Under the pieces are notes generated by a model. It was not told where the DNA came from and ran no database searches. It saw nothing but the letters and a program-made list of their open reading frames with translations. A program made the position numbers and the translations under genes. Shown here one piece after another: positions 1-12,005 of a stretch of DNA of 64,000 bases (positions are counted from its first letter, which is position 1; the number at the start of each line of letters is the position of its first letter). Source of the stretch: Octopus sinensis (taxonomy: Eukaryota); the NCBI RefSeq assembly GCF_006345805.1, contig NC_043014.1, positions 8,804,001 to 8,868,000 on the forward strand, in the 5' to 3' direction.

Positions 1-487
1 AGCTGGCAAAAATGAGTTGTACTTGTATTTCAAAGGGTCAGCCTTGTCACTCTCTGTGTCACGCTGATTATCCCCGAGAAGGGTACACGTGTCTGTGGAA
101 TGCTCAGCCATTTGCACGTTAATTTCACGAGCAAGCTGTTCCGTTGATCGTATCAGCTGGGACCCTCGTCGTCGTAACCGGCGGAGAAAAAAAAAAAAAA
201 AGAAGATAGTGTAGAGCTCTGCACATGGGCTGATAACAGAATTAGAGACGGGAACTTTACTGCGGGCTACCTCGTGAGCTGGTCCACGGAAGGGGGACTT
301 CCGGTTACGCAGTACAGAAAGATGGGCATTAAGAGAGCCGGTCGTGTGTAGCTGCTTGAAGCGAAATAAGCAATACCCCGACACATTCTTGTTCCTGATT
401 AAGCACGGCTTAAGTAAACTATGATAAAAACAAATCCCCTTCAAATCCCAGCCAACTTAGTCTTACTATCTATTACGTTTTAGAGAT

Positions 488-1068
488 GGTGAACTGGGAG
501 AAACGTTAGCACGCCGGGCGAAATGCTTAGCGGTATTTCGTCTGCGTTACGTTGTGAGTTCAAATTCCGCCGAGGTCGACTTTGCCTTTCATCCTTTCGG
601 GGTCGATAAATTAAGTACCAGTTATGCACTGGGGTCGATGTAATCGACTTAATACCTATGTCTGTCCTTGTTTGTCCCCTCTGTGTTTAGCCCCTTGTGG
701 GCAGTAAAGAAACAGGTATTTCCTCTGCCGCTACGTTCTGAGTTCAATTTCCGCCGAGGTCGATTTTGCCTTTCATCCATTCGAGGTCGATTAAATAAGT
801 ATCAGTTACGCACTAGGGTCGATATAATCGACTTAATCCCTTTGTCTGTCCTTGTTTGTCCTCTCTGTGTTTAGCCCCTTGTGGGTGGTAAAGAAATAGG
901 TATTTCCTCTCCCGTTACGTTCTGAGTTCAAATTCCGCCGAGGTCGACTTTGCCTTTCATCCGTTCGGGATCGATTAAATAAGTACCAGTTACGCACTGG
1001 GGTCGATATAATCGACTTAATCCCTTCGTCTGTCCTTGTTTGCCTCCCTGTGGGCAATAAAGAAATCA
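488..1068 (+). mobile_element. SINE family A (gagctggcagaa...aaagaaata), internal module in 3 tandem copies
   Basis: Head with B-box-like GAGTTCAAATTCC, central gcctttcatcctttcggggtcgataaa domain and tail gccccttgtgggyartaaagaaat; the module repeats head-to-tail. Confidence 0.85.
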
Positions 1069-1241
1069 AAATGTCTCTCAAGTCACCCTCATCTGCATGC
1101 AGTAACTGAGTTAGTGTTGATAATCTACTGCGGTGAGCATTGAAAATCAATGTTTACATGGGAGGCAACTGAGGATAGCTTAGCATTATTTTACTAATTG
1201 TAAGTTATGTCCCTTAGTATCGAAATTAACGTTACAGTAAA

Positions 1242-1246
1242 TAGAC

Positions 1247-1292
<46 letters not shown>

Positions 1293-1301
1293 GTAGGTAG
1301 G

Positions 1302-1345
<44 letters not shown>

Positions 1346-1521
1346 TAGACAGACAGACAGTTAGATAGACAGACAGCTAGATAGGCAGACAGATAGACAG
1401 CTAGTTGGACAGACACATAGCTGGATAGACAGACAGACAGACAGCTAGAAAGACAGACAGATATCTAGATAGACAGGCAGACAGCTAGACAGACGGACAG
1501 ATAGAGAGAGAGAGAGAGAGA
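1242..1521. repeat. (ATAG)n/(ACAG)n/(AG)n microsatellite; a second (ATAG)n at 1905-1990
   Basis: Seen directly. Confidence 0.97.
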
Positions 1522-1905
1522 GGGGGGTATGTTTCTTTATTAGCCACACAGGGCTGCACACAGACGGGACAAATTACAAGGTAGAGCTTTTCTTTTGGGG
1601 GATAAAAAAAAGGGGGGGTTGGTTTTCGATCAAAAGGGATCGTAAAAGGAAAGAAAGAGGAAAGCAAAAAAAAGGGGGGATAAAAAATAAAAGGAAGAAG
1701 AAAAAATCGATCAATAGGGATCGTTATCACAGAAATGTCAATATTAAGTGTAAAGGGGAGGACAGATGAGGTTTACCCGTGGAAAGAAAAGCCTACGGAA
1801 AAGACCACGGTAACCTCGGTCAACGAAGTCACATGTTATATTTTTTTTTACAAATAAGCAACTCTCTGTATTAATTTTAACGGTTCATAGGATCATAGTC
1901 AAGGT

Positions 1906-1991
<86 letters not shown>

Positions 1992-2289
1992 ATATGTGTG
2001 TATATTGTGAATTTAACCTTGATAGGTGTTGGTGTCGTCAAACCCAAAACGGCAAAACCCAACTGTTTAGCCGATCGGCATAGAGTCCGAATCACTACCC
2101 TTCTATTCCTTGTTTTCAAGATTAGCTCCTTTCTTTTTCTCCGCGGTCAGCGAAAAGTTCTTTCTACAACCTTCCCCATCTTGTGAATTGTTGCTTTTTT
2201 CCTCTCTTCCAGTTTTTGTTTTGTTTTTGTTGTTGCTTGTTTATGCTTTTGTAATGGCTACTGTCTGGTTATTCTGAGGTCATTTTCCT

Positions 2290-2893
2290 TACCTATTTCT
2301 TTACTACCCACAAGGGGCTAAACACAGAGAAGACAAACAAGGACAGACAAAACGGATTAAGTCGATTATATCGACCCCAGTGCGTAACTGCTACTTATTT
2401 AATCAACCCCGAAAGGATGAAAGGCAAAGTTGACCTCGGCGGAATTTGAACTCAGAACGTAGCGGCAGACGAAATACCTATTTCTTTACTACCCACAAGG
2501 GGCTAAACACAGAGAAGACAAACAAAGACAGACAAAACGGATTAAGTCGATTATATCGACCCCAGTGCGTAACTGATACTTATTTAATCAACCCCGAAAG
2601 GATGAAAGGCAAAGTCGACCTTGGTGGAATTTGAACTCAGAACGTAGCGGCAGACGAAATACCTATTTCTTTACTACCCACAAGGGGTTAAACGTAGAGG
2701 GGACAAACAAGGACAGACAAACGGATTAAGTCGATTATATCGACCCCAGTGCGTAACTGATACTTATTTAATCAACCCCGAAAGGATGAAAGGCAAAGTC
2801 GACCTCGGCGGAATTTGAACTCAGAACGTAGCGGCAGACGAAATACTGCTAGCATTTCGTCCGGCATGCTAACGATTCTGCTAGCTCAACGCC
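2290..2893 (-). mobile_element. SINE family A, 3 tandem modules
   Basis: Reverse complement of the family A module repeated, ending in the head sequence. Confidence 0.85.
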
Positions 2894-3370
2894 TTTTCCA
2901 TACCGACGAGAAAAGGAATCCCCCTCCTGCCAACCCTGAATAAAACAGCTACGTCTACCATCCTTTCTCCTTACAATTGTTCCTGCATGTATACGGCATT
3001 CTTCCATTCAACAGTTAGATCGTATCCTTCTTCCCGTGAGACGAAACTCGGTCAGCATTATCCGTATTTCTTCAAACCACAAAATTACATCCGGCCTCGA
3101 AATGACTGGAATAATTCTCAGCTTTTCCCCTAAAACTACCTTCATATAGTTTGGTCGGACTTTTGGTAGAAATGTGTTTGTTCTAATATGGCTGACAGCT
3201 TTTCTCCTTCCCTCACGAATCGACAGATGAATGGTGCTTGTTTCTTCTAAGTAATGTAGTCTAACAGTTAAATGCGTCTCTCTGCTATTAACGAATGTCA
3301 TGTGCTCCTTGCCATGAGTGAATGTTGCTATCACCCATGGGTGAATGTTGTTATATACACAACAAGAAGA

Positions 3371-4157
3371 CGGCGAGCTGGTAGAATCGTTAGCACGCCG
3401 GGCGAAATGCGTAGCCGTATTTCGTTTGCCGTTACGTTCTGAGTTCAAATTCCGCCGAGGTCGACTTTGCCTTTCATCCTTTCGGAGTCGATTAAATAAG
3501 TACCAGTTACATACTGGTGTCGACGTAATCGACTTAATTTGTTTGTCTGTCATTGTTTGTCCCCTCTGTGTTTAGCCCTTTGTGGTTAGTAAAGAAATAG
3601 GTATTTCTTCTGCCGCTACGTTCTGAGTTCAAATTCCGCCGAGGTCGACTTTGCCTTTCATCCTTTCGGAGTCGATTAAATAAGTACCAGTTACATACTG
3701 GTGTCGACGTAATCGACTTAATTTGTTTGTCTGTCATTGTTTGTCCCCTCTGTGTTTAGCCCTTTGTGGTTAGTAAAGAAATAGGTATTTCTTCTGCCGC
3801 TACGTTCTGAGTTCAAATTCCGCCGAGGTCGACTTTGCCTTTCATCCTTTCGGAGTCGATTAAATAAGTACCAGTTACATACTGGTGTCGACGTAATCGA
3901 CTTAATTTGTTTGTCTGTCATTGTTTGTCCCCTCTGTGTTTAGCCCTTTGTGGTTAGTAAAGAAATAGGTATTTCTTCTGCCGCTACGTTCTGAGTTCAA
4001 ATTCCGCCGAGGTCGACTTTGCCTTTCATTCTTTCTTTCGGGGTCGATTAAATAAGTACCAGTTAATCACTGGGGTCGATGTAATCGACTTAATCCCCTC
4101 GTCTGTCCTTGTTTGTCCCCTCTATGTTTAGCCCCTTGTAGGCAATAAAGAAATAAA
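3371..4157 (+). mobile_element. SINE family A, 4 tandem modules (184-bp period)
   Basis: Identical ORFs at 3534 and 3718 in the ORF track give the 184-bp period. Confidence 0.88.
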
Positions 4158-5059
4158 TATATACACAACAAGGTGTACACCAAAGTACCTCTCTCCCCTC
4201 ACAGCCGATATAGCCGGTTCTTCTTCAGCCCCAATCTGTGCAAACTTTTTGCGTTGAGGACGTGTCATGCATCGTTCGCACCAGGAAGGCTCTTTATTCT
4301 TTCATAATGTGGAAGATTGGGAACCTAAATTAAGGGTTGTATCAGCTGCTTAGTTGTAGTCGTAATAGCGGAAGAGCACTCCGTCGGTTACGACGATGAG
4401 GGTTCCGGTTGATCCGAATCAACGGAACAGCCTGCTCGTGAAATTAACGTGTAAGTGGCTGAGCACTCCACAGACACGTGCACCCTTAACGTAGTTCTCG
4501 GGGATATTCAGCGTGACTCAGAGAGTGACATGGCCGGCCCTTTGAAATACAGGTACAACAGAAACAGGAAGTAAGAGTGAGAGAAAGTTGTGGTGAAAGA
4601 GTACATTATCGCACACTGTGATGTTACGATCTAATGAGAAGACACCGTATAGAGCAATGGTTCTGAACCATTCTTTTGCTTTTGGACTCCTTTGGCTCTT
4701 ATTTTAGTTGATTGGGTCCCCGTAACCATTCGGTGTCTTAAAACAAATTCATTTTATATTTGCAACAATATTTGGTAAACAATTTTTTGTTTGTCTATGG
4801 AACCTATTTCTTTATTACCCACAAGGGGCTAAACATAGAGGGGACAAACAAGGACAGACATAGGTATTAAGTCGATTATATCGACCCCAGTGCGTAACTG
4901 GTACTTAATTTATCGACCCCGAAAGGATGAAAGGCAAAGTCGACCTCGGCGGAATTTGAACTCAGAACGTAACAGCAGACGAAATACAGTTACGCATTTC
5001 GCCTGGCGTGCTAACGTTTCTGCCAGCTCGCAGCCTTGTTTGTCTATGGAACCGTTGTT

Positions 5060-5590
5060 TCGAAAGCAGCATTGCCGTGAAAACAGCTGAAATGTTAGGT
5101 AAGAATTGTTTTCTCGTTGTAGTTGCAATTGCGAGAGAGGTGATTTGGAAGACGAGGCTGAAAGGTATAGAGTCAGGCAATTTCATCTCTGGCCCTGGAT
5201 TGATGAATTACTTCATCTTCCACCTGAAAAGGAAAATAGGGCTGGAGGAAAAAATGCCTGACTGAGAGAGTGTTCGAAAAACGATGGAAGAATGTAGCAC
5301 GGATGTTGCGTATGAATGATACCACATAAATGTGAAACAGGATGAAACCCAGGTATCTGTGGCGAGGAGGGACTCGTGGGGTCCGAGCTAAACCCGCCCC
5401 TCCCCCCCACTCCATCCGTAATGTCTTCCGGTCTGTCACATCATCCGATTTTTTTCGATTTTATTGTGATTCGTAATTACGTGTTAAAATTTTTTAATTC
5501 ATCATCTATGTAAAACCATTCGTAAATCTGACCCCAAATCAGATTGTGTTATCCCTTCTTTGTTCGCCCCTTGTGGATAATAAAAAATCA
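5060..5590 (+). mobile_element. 3' end of an L1/Tx1-like LINE (ORF2 C-terminus and 3' UTR)
   Basis: LVVVAIAREVIWKTRLKG..FIFHLKRKI..(frameshift)..FEKRWKNVARM resembles L1/Tx1 ORF2 C-termini; ends gccccttgtggataataaaaaa. Confidence 0.55.
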
Positions 5591-5764
5591 TGAAATGTTA
5601 GGTATTTTACCCTTATAAGACGGAAAAGATTGTCAGTAAACAGCCACAAGACCCGAAGTCGAAGGTGCGGGTTCGTATCCTGACAGTTTTTTTCCGTCTT
5701 ACACCCAGTCTTTCTGCTATCTTCACGGCAGTACTGCGTTCGAAATGTTACTTTCTTGTCCGTT

Positions 5765-5980
5765 TATATCTATATATTCTTTTTACTTGTTTCAGTCATT
5801 TGACCGTGGCCATGCTGGAGCACCGCCTTTAGTCCAGCGAATCGACCCCAGTACTTATTCTTTGTAAGCCTAGTACTTATTCTATCAGTCTCTTTTGCCG
5901 AACCGTTAAGTTACTGGGACGTAAACACACCAGCATCGGTTGTCAAGTGATGTTGGGAGGACAAGCACAGACACAGAAAC

Positions 5981-6034
<54 letters not shown>

Positions 6035-6952
6035 AGGTTTAATTAAATTTAATTTAATTTAATACACCCATTTTTTTTTTTTGTTTTTTTACTGCTTTAT
6101 ATAAAATAATTTTTTTTTACTGCTTTAATTATTTCTTCTGGGCCCGTCTGAGCATGACTGCTTCAATAAGAAAACACATAACATTGTGTTAAACCTGCTA
6201 CGCGATGATGTCTGTCTCTCTATTTTTTTCCCCTGACGAAGGAGTTATTAGCATGATGCACCCTAGTGCTTTAAACACAATAATATACCCCCGAAATGGC
6301 CATAAGGAATTTAGTAAATATGGTTTCCTCTTTTTTAACTTATTCGATAAGTAATTTTATAAGACTTTCTAAACGATGAACCTTTATTTTATTTTACATT
6401 ATATATTATATATATTATATATTATATATTTTTATTTGCTTCCTATATTTATATATTTTTATATACCTATATATTATATATTAATTTATACTATATTTTT
6501 ACGTCTTACCTTCTAGGTGTTGTAATGGGTTTTTTTATTAAAAAAATATATATTTTTCTTAATCGCTAAAGTATTAGCTTTTAACCGTGATGAACTGTAT
6601 TCACATATATTCAAACATTTTTTCTCGCACTTTCTTATATGCTTGTACAGATGAATTATATTCCATCTTCCGTGATGTCTAAATGTGTATTCTATGATTA
6701 AATGTTCGAGTTATGAAATTTTATTGGATGATCTTGCATTTGTTTGTTCTATAACTTTAGTTTGATATATATATATATACATATATACGACGGGCTTCTT
6801 TCAGTTTTCGTCTACCAAATCCACTCACAAGGCTTTGGTCGGCTCGAAGCTATAGTAGAAGATACTTGCCCAAGGTGCCACGCAGTGGGACTGAACCCAG
6901 AACCATGCGGTTGGTAAGCAAGCTACTGACCACACAGCCACTCCTGCGCCAA
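5765..6952 (-). mobile_element. SINE family B (ggcgcaggagtggctgtgtggtaag...), its central microsatellite carrying ~750 bp of nested (TA)n-flanked inserts
   Basis: 3' half at 5765-5995 and tRNA-like head at 6785-6952 flank the inserts that include the 6228 hammerhead-like motif. Confidence 0.8.
6228..6309 (+). ncRNA. Degenerate type I hammerhead-like motif
   Basis: uuccc-CUGACGA-A-GGAG..uuauu...aauaa..CCCC-GAAA-UGGCCA-UA|aggaa; palindromic stem III; mismatches at stem I position 1 and in stem II. Confidence 0.5.
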
Positions 6953-7099
6953 TAATTAAAAGTTATTAGGAATTGTATTTAAAAAATTGTTAAAATATTT
7001 GTGTTATAGAAATATAAGCAATTTATTGCAGATAAATTTTAGCAACAAAATCTAATATCGACCCTGGTTGAGAAGCACTGGTTAAGAGGGAAATGGATG

Positions 7100-7500
7100 G
7101 AACTCATTGACAAGATATTTTCCAGGAGATTTGCGTGCCTGATGCGATTGAATGCTTGGTTGATTTTGAGTGCAGCAGCAGTTTTTATCATGAGAAGGCC
7201 TAGTGGTGTGTGACAGAAGAGAGTAAACTTGTCGATCTGGCTCTGCGGAATTCGTTCTGGTATCAACTGAGGGGGAGATATTCAGAGTATTAGAGAAGGC
7301 TGTTGTTAATGGCTGTCTCCATCATCTTCGAGTTGTTTGCTGTGAGTGTCATAAGATATGTTGTAAGATCAGAGTGGGCGCCGTTATTGGGAATAGGACA
7401 CACTGGGCTTGTTTACAAAGATCTGGATATGTCTGTGAAAACAAAGGGAGATTTAGGAGTTTGGAAAGGAAACAAACTGGTTGTGACATGAAACATCAGT
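7100..7500 (-). pseudogene. Degenerate LINE RT remnant
   Basis: The minus ORF 7039-7266 includes AAALKINQAFNRIRHANLLENIL, resembling the RT motif LDQxKAFDRVxH. Confidence 0.4.
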
Positions 7501-7557
7501 AGGTAATGGACGGAACATTGCTAGGACCGGTTATCTCTTGTTTACCTGGTATGTAAC

Positions 7558-7905
7558 AGTGAAGGCGCATGGCTCAGTGGTTAGAGCGTCGAGCTTACGA
7601 TCGTGAGGTTGTGAGCTCGAATCCTGGCCCGGGCTGCGTGTTGTGTTCTTGAGCAAGACACTTTTTTTCGCGTTGCTCCAGTTCACTCAGCTGTAGAAAT
7701 GAGTTGCGACGTCACAGGTGCCAAACCGTATCGGCCTTTACCTTTCCTTTGGATAATATCAGTGGCGTGGAGAGGGGAGGCCGGCATGCATGGGCGACTG
7801 CTGATCTTCCATAAAACAACCTTGCCCGGACTTGTGCCTGGGAGGGTAACTTCCTAGGTGCAATCCCATGGTCAGTGTCGTGACCAAAGTGGGAGTCTCC
7901 GATGT
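7558..7905 (+). mobile_element. tRNA-derived SINE (family C)
   Basis: A box TGGCTCAGTGG, B-box-like GAGCTCGAATCC, then gtgttgtgttcttgagcaagacac core. Related pieces at 1-185, 4375-4570, 12010-12270, 13335-13632, 31200-31640, 58640-58900 and 62695-62910. Confidence 0.8.
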
Positions 7906-8241
7906 AACGGTATACGGTGGGGACAATTTATGAAGCAAAAACGGGTAGTTTTTTATGGAGATTTACCTAGCTTAGGCATTGAGGAATTACACAAATCGTA
8001 CAGGAAAATTCGAGGCTTTCTTTGAGTGAATACCGCTTACAGAACCATTGTGTTTGGCAATTAGAAGGAAAAGGGATTCTAGAAAACTGGTGGGATAGAC
8101 TGCAGGGATTTTTTACAAAGCATAGAGCTAAAGTTCATGTTTGAAATAATGGTCGGTGCTGGTCGAATTTCTAGAATGTGAGAGATTTTTTCCTAAACTT
8201 TGTAGAAAGTAAAAGTTTCTCTTCTTACTTTAAGAATGTTA

Positions 8242-8726
8242 TCTTTATATATAAAAGTGAAGTTGTGTGTCTGTCTCCTACGATTTAGATTCCTAACTAC
8301 TCCCACATTTTGCGGTGCAGTTTAACCCAAACCGGGTATCTTATAGTCGTGATTCATATCGAGCCCTTCTGGGTATTAGCGCGCGTCTACGATGAGTCTA
8401 CGATTAAAAACAAAATTTACCATCATTTTTTCCATTTTAATGCATTTTTCGCTATTATATAAGGGAAGTAACTCTCTAAAAATGTCTACGATGAGTCTAC
8501 GATTAAAAAAAAAATTTACCATCATTTTTTCCATTTTAATGCATTTTTCGCTATTATATAAGGGAAGTAACTCTCTAAAAATGTCTACGATTAGTCAACG
8601 ATTTAAAAAAAATATTACCATCATTTTTTATTCCATTTTTAATGCATTTTTTTGCTATAACTCTCTAAAAATGCTTATATAGTTATTTCCCTTACAAACC
8701 CGAGCAACGCCGGGCGATACTGCTAG
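8242..8726 (+). mobile_element. Non-autonomous Helitron
   Basis: A|TC 5' end, subterminal hairpin CCCGagcaacgcCGGG, CTAG|T 3' end; internal ~105-bp tandem duplication. Confidence 0.85.
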
Positions 8727-8810
8727 TTGTATATACGTTTGTGTCCATTATTCGTAAATTCTTTGTTTCTTCTTTATGCTTCAATCATTTGACTGCGACC
8801 ATTTGACTGC

Positions 8811-8879
8811 GGTAGTGGCGTAGTGGTTAAGAGCGCAGGCTACTAACCTCAAGATTCCGAGTTCGATTCCAGGCAGTGA

Positions 8880-8911
<32 letters not shown>

Positions 8912-9818
8912 TCGAAAAATACCTTAGGAACGAGAGAACCCAGATTCGAAATTTCCCCAAGACACCTGAATAAGGCTGGAGGGAGGCGGCGAGCTGGCAG
9001 AAACGTTAACACGCCGGGCGAAATGCTTAGCCATATTTCGTCGGCCGTTATCTGAAGCTTATTGCACCCGTATGCAGAAGTGTTCAATGTTTCTTATATT
9101 TCTGGTGAGCTGGCAGAATCGTTAGCACGCCGGGCAAAATGCGTAGTGGTATTTCGCCTGCCGTTACGTTCTGAGTTCAAATTCCGTCGAGGTCGACTTT
9201 GCCTTTCATCCTTTCGGTGTCGATAAATTAAGCACCAGTTACGCACTGGGGTCGATATAATCGACTTAATCCGTTTGTCTATCCTTGTTTGTCCTCTCTG
9301 TGTTTAGCTCCTTGTGGGTAGTAAAGAAATAGGTATTTTGTCTGCTTTCACGTTCTGGGTTCAAATTCCGCCGAGGTCGACTTTGCCTTTCATCCTTTCG
9401 GGGTCGATAAATTAAGTACCATTTGCGTACTGGGGTCGATAAAATCGACTTAATCCGTTTGTCTGTCCTTGTTTGTCCCCTCTGTGTTTAGCCCCTTGTG
9501 GGTTGTAAAGAAATAGGTATTTCGTCTGCCTTCACGTTCTGGGTTCAAATTCCGCCGAGGTCGACTTTACTTTTCATCCTTTCGGGGTCGATAAATTAAG
9601 TACCAGTTACGCACTGGGGTCGATATAATCGACTTAATCCGTTTGTCTGTCCTTGTTTGTCCTCTCTGTGTTTAGCCCCTTGTGGGTATTAAAGAAATAG
9701 AAATAGGTATATCAGCCGAAACGTTGTGTTAACAACAAACAAGATGAGGACAAATATCCGTCGAATGTAAATAATGTAAATAATGTACATAATTCCTCAT
9801 CTCTTAAATACAGAACTG
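8811..9818 (+). mobile_element. tRNA-Arg-like SINE with hammerhead-like tail, split by a nested SINE insertion (8984-9705)
   Basis: A box TGGCGTAGTGG, B box GAGTTCGATTCC, (AAT)n linker; body ends ...gacacCTGAATAAGGCTGgaggg at 8983 and resumes ggtatatCAGCCGAAACGTTgtgtt at 9706. Confidence 0.8.
8984..9705 (+). mobile_element. SINE family A compound insertion (two heads, 3 modules)
   Basis: Starts aggcggcgagctggcagaaacg and ends aaagaaatagaaata. Confidence 0.85.
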
Positions 9819-10167
9819 CAATATTAAAGGTTTGTTTTTTGTAAATTCATTTTGCCAATATTTTTGGTGTTGCCTAAAGTGGAGATAACTCTCGTTTCCC
9901 GTAAGCGTCGATGCTGCGATGTTGTAACAACGAATCGATGTTGTTGTTTGGCCCCTGTCGTCCGTAATTATAACATACTTATATCATGTAGCTTGTTGAT
10001 CCAACGTATGGATGCGAACCACAGATCTGGTGCTACAAACATATCGTAAAATTGTCTTAAAAAGTAAAATTATTAATGAGCACTTGTTGTTGACGTTAAT
10101 TAACAGAAATTGTATTTATTTAGCAATAACCATCAAAATATTTGTGATATTTAATAATACTGTTAAT

Positions 10168-10760
10168 ATTTATTAATACAACGTTTCGGCTGATATACCC
10201 TCCCTTGGGGAAATTTCGAACCTGGGTTCTCATTCCTAAGGTATTTTTCGATGTTATTATCATTACTCTCTCTTTACTCTCTTTTACTTGTTTCAGTCAT
10301 TTTGACTGCGCCCATGCTGGAGCACCGCCTTTTAGTCGAGCAAATCGACCCCGGGACTTATTCTTTGTAAACCCAGTACTTATTCTATCGGTCTCTTTTG
10401 CCGAACCGCTAAGTGACGGGGACATAAACACACCAGCATCGGTTGTCAAGCAATGCTAGGGGGACAAACACAAACATACATGCATACACATATATACATA
10501 TATATACATATATACGACAGGCTTCTTTCAGTTTCCGTCTACCAAATCCACTCACAAGGCTTTGGTCGGCCCGAGGCTATAGAGAAGACACTTGCCCAAG
10601 ATGCCACGCAGTGAGACTGAACCCGGAACCATGTGGTTGGTAAACAAGCTACTTACCACACAGCCACTCCTGCGCCTATTATTATTTTTATTATTATTAT
10701 TGTTCCGATCACTGCTTGGAATTGAACTCGGAATCTTGGGGTTAAGAGCCGCCCGGACTA
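10168..10760 (-). mobile_element. Second copy of the tRNA-Arg-like SINE, interrupted in its (AAT)n linker by another SINE
   Basis: The reverse complement reads ...ttccccaag-ggagggtatatcagccgaaacgttg (CUGA half deleted); B-box head fragment at 10700-10755. Confidence 0.75.
10266..10677 (-). mobile_element. SINE family B, full length
   Basis: Head actcctgcgcc, central (TA/CA)n, tail tactcttttacttgtttcagtcatt. Confidence 0.88.
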
Positions 10761-11332
10761 ATATTTATAGTCAAGAGTTCCAAATACAGTTTGAATGTCG
10801 ACTTTTAACAAAATTTTTACTTAAATTTTAACGTGAAATTTTCATACCAAATTTGTCGGGTCTACAAAACAAATAAATATTGATAATTGCTTAAGTAAAA
10901 GCAAAAGTAATGCTTCAAAAAAAATTAATTAATTATTTTCAATATTTCTGTATGAATTTCTATGTTAAAGACATAAGCTACCCTAGTGACGGTGTAATGC
11001 AAATTAGTTCCTCACAATTGAAATTCCGCTTAAATATCCGATAAGAAAGTCTGAAGTTCACTTGATATTATATTAAATCACTTATTATTGACAAATCAGA
11101 ATAGATTATAGACCTTTAAAAGTTAAAAGAAAAGGATAAAATATATTCAAACATAGACGTTCATTCGTTATCGCTGATTTTATTGTATACTCCCACCTGC
11201 TGATGTAATAAATCCCCACACCGTATTAATCAGGAGTAATACCCCGATCATTAACAATTAATACGATATTATAAAACGTCCTCTTCCAGGCAGCAGTGTT
11301 ACATGTGGACCAAGAAATAGCAATCTACGACG

Positions 11333-11419
11333 ATGAGTTCTCTTTTGCTGCGTACGAGTCCGTCCCGTTGGATGGCCATTTCTCGGAACTGGAACTTTAC
11401 AGAACTTCACAAACAACCA
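11333..11419 (+). CDS. DECR1: DECR1 coding exon 1 (mitochondrial presequence)
   Basis: ATG at 11333 opens MSSLLLRTSPSRWMAISRNWNFTELHKQP (Ser/Leu/Arg-rich), followed by a GTGAGT donor at 11420 in phase 0, matching the phase of exon 2. Assigned by phase and composition, not by conservation. Confidence 0.75.
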
Positions 11420-11589
11420 GTGAGTAATTGTTTTTCCTGTATGTTGCTGCTGCTGTTGTTGTTGTTGTTGTTGTTTGCTTTTTAGCCCTAGGTCAAACCT
11501 GGTCAAGCAGCCCTATGATCAAACGCATTCCAGCAAGGAATAACTAGCACTGGTTCATTCTAACATCAGGCATCGTACTTTTGTTATTT

Positions 11590-12005
11590 ACCTATTTCTT
11601 TACTACCCACAAGGGGCTAAACACAGAGAGGACAAACAAGGACAGACATAGGTATTAAGTCGATTACATCGACCCCAGTGCGTAACTGGTACTTAATTTA
11701 TCGACACCGAAAGGATGAAAGGCAAAGTCGACCTCGGCGGAATTTGAACTCACAACGTAACGGCAGACGAAATACCTATTTCTTTATTACCCACAAGGGG
11801 CTAAACACAGGGGACAAACAAGGACAGACATAGGTATTAAGTCGATTACATCGACCCCAGTGCGTAACTGGTACTTAATTTATCGACCCCGAAAGGATGA
11901 AAGGCAAAGTCGACCTCGGCGGAATTTGAACTCAGAACGTAGTGGCAGACGAAATACCGTTAAGCACATCGCCCGGCGTGCTAACGTTTCTGCCAGCTCA
12001 CCGCC
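11590..12005 (-). mobile_element. SINE family A, 2 modules, in DECR1 intron 1
   Basis: Same family sequence in reverse orientation. Confidence 0.85.

Noticed and set aside
3008-3553. 181-aa minus-strand ORF
   Set aside because: The N-terminal part is SINE family A sequence; the unique part (3008-3365) looks coding and may be a retroelement ORF1 remnant, but I cannot assign it.
9979-10042. Possible first exon of a divergent minus-strand gene (MFVAPDLWFASIRWINKLHDI + GTATGT donor)
   Set aside because: No recognisable homology and no downstream exon could be identified; compatible with chance.
9706-10199. Apparent MITE with ~29-bp TIRs (ggtatatcagccgaaacgttg...)
   Set aside because: The two arms are internal parts of two oppositely oriented copies of the tRNA-Arg-like SINE; each continues into SINE sequence.
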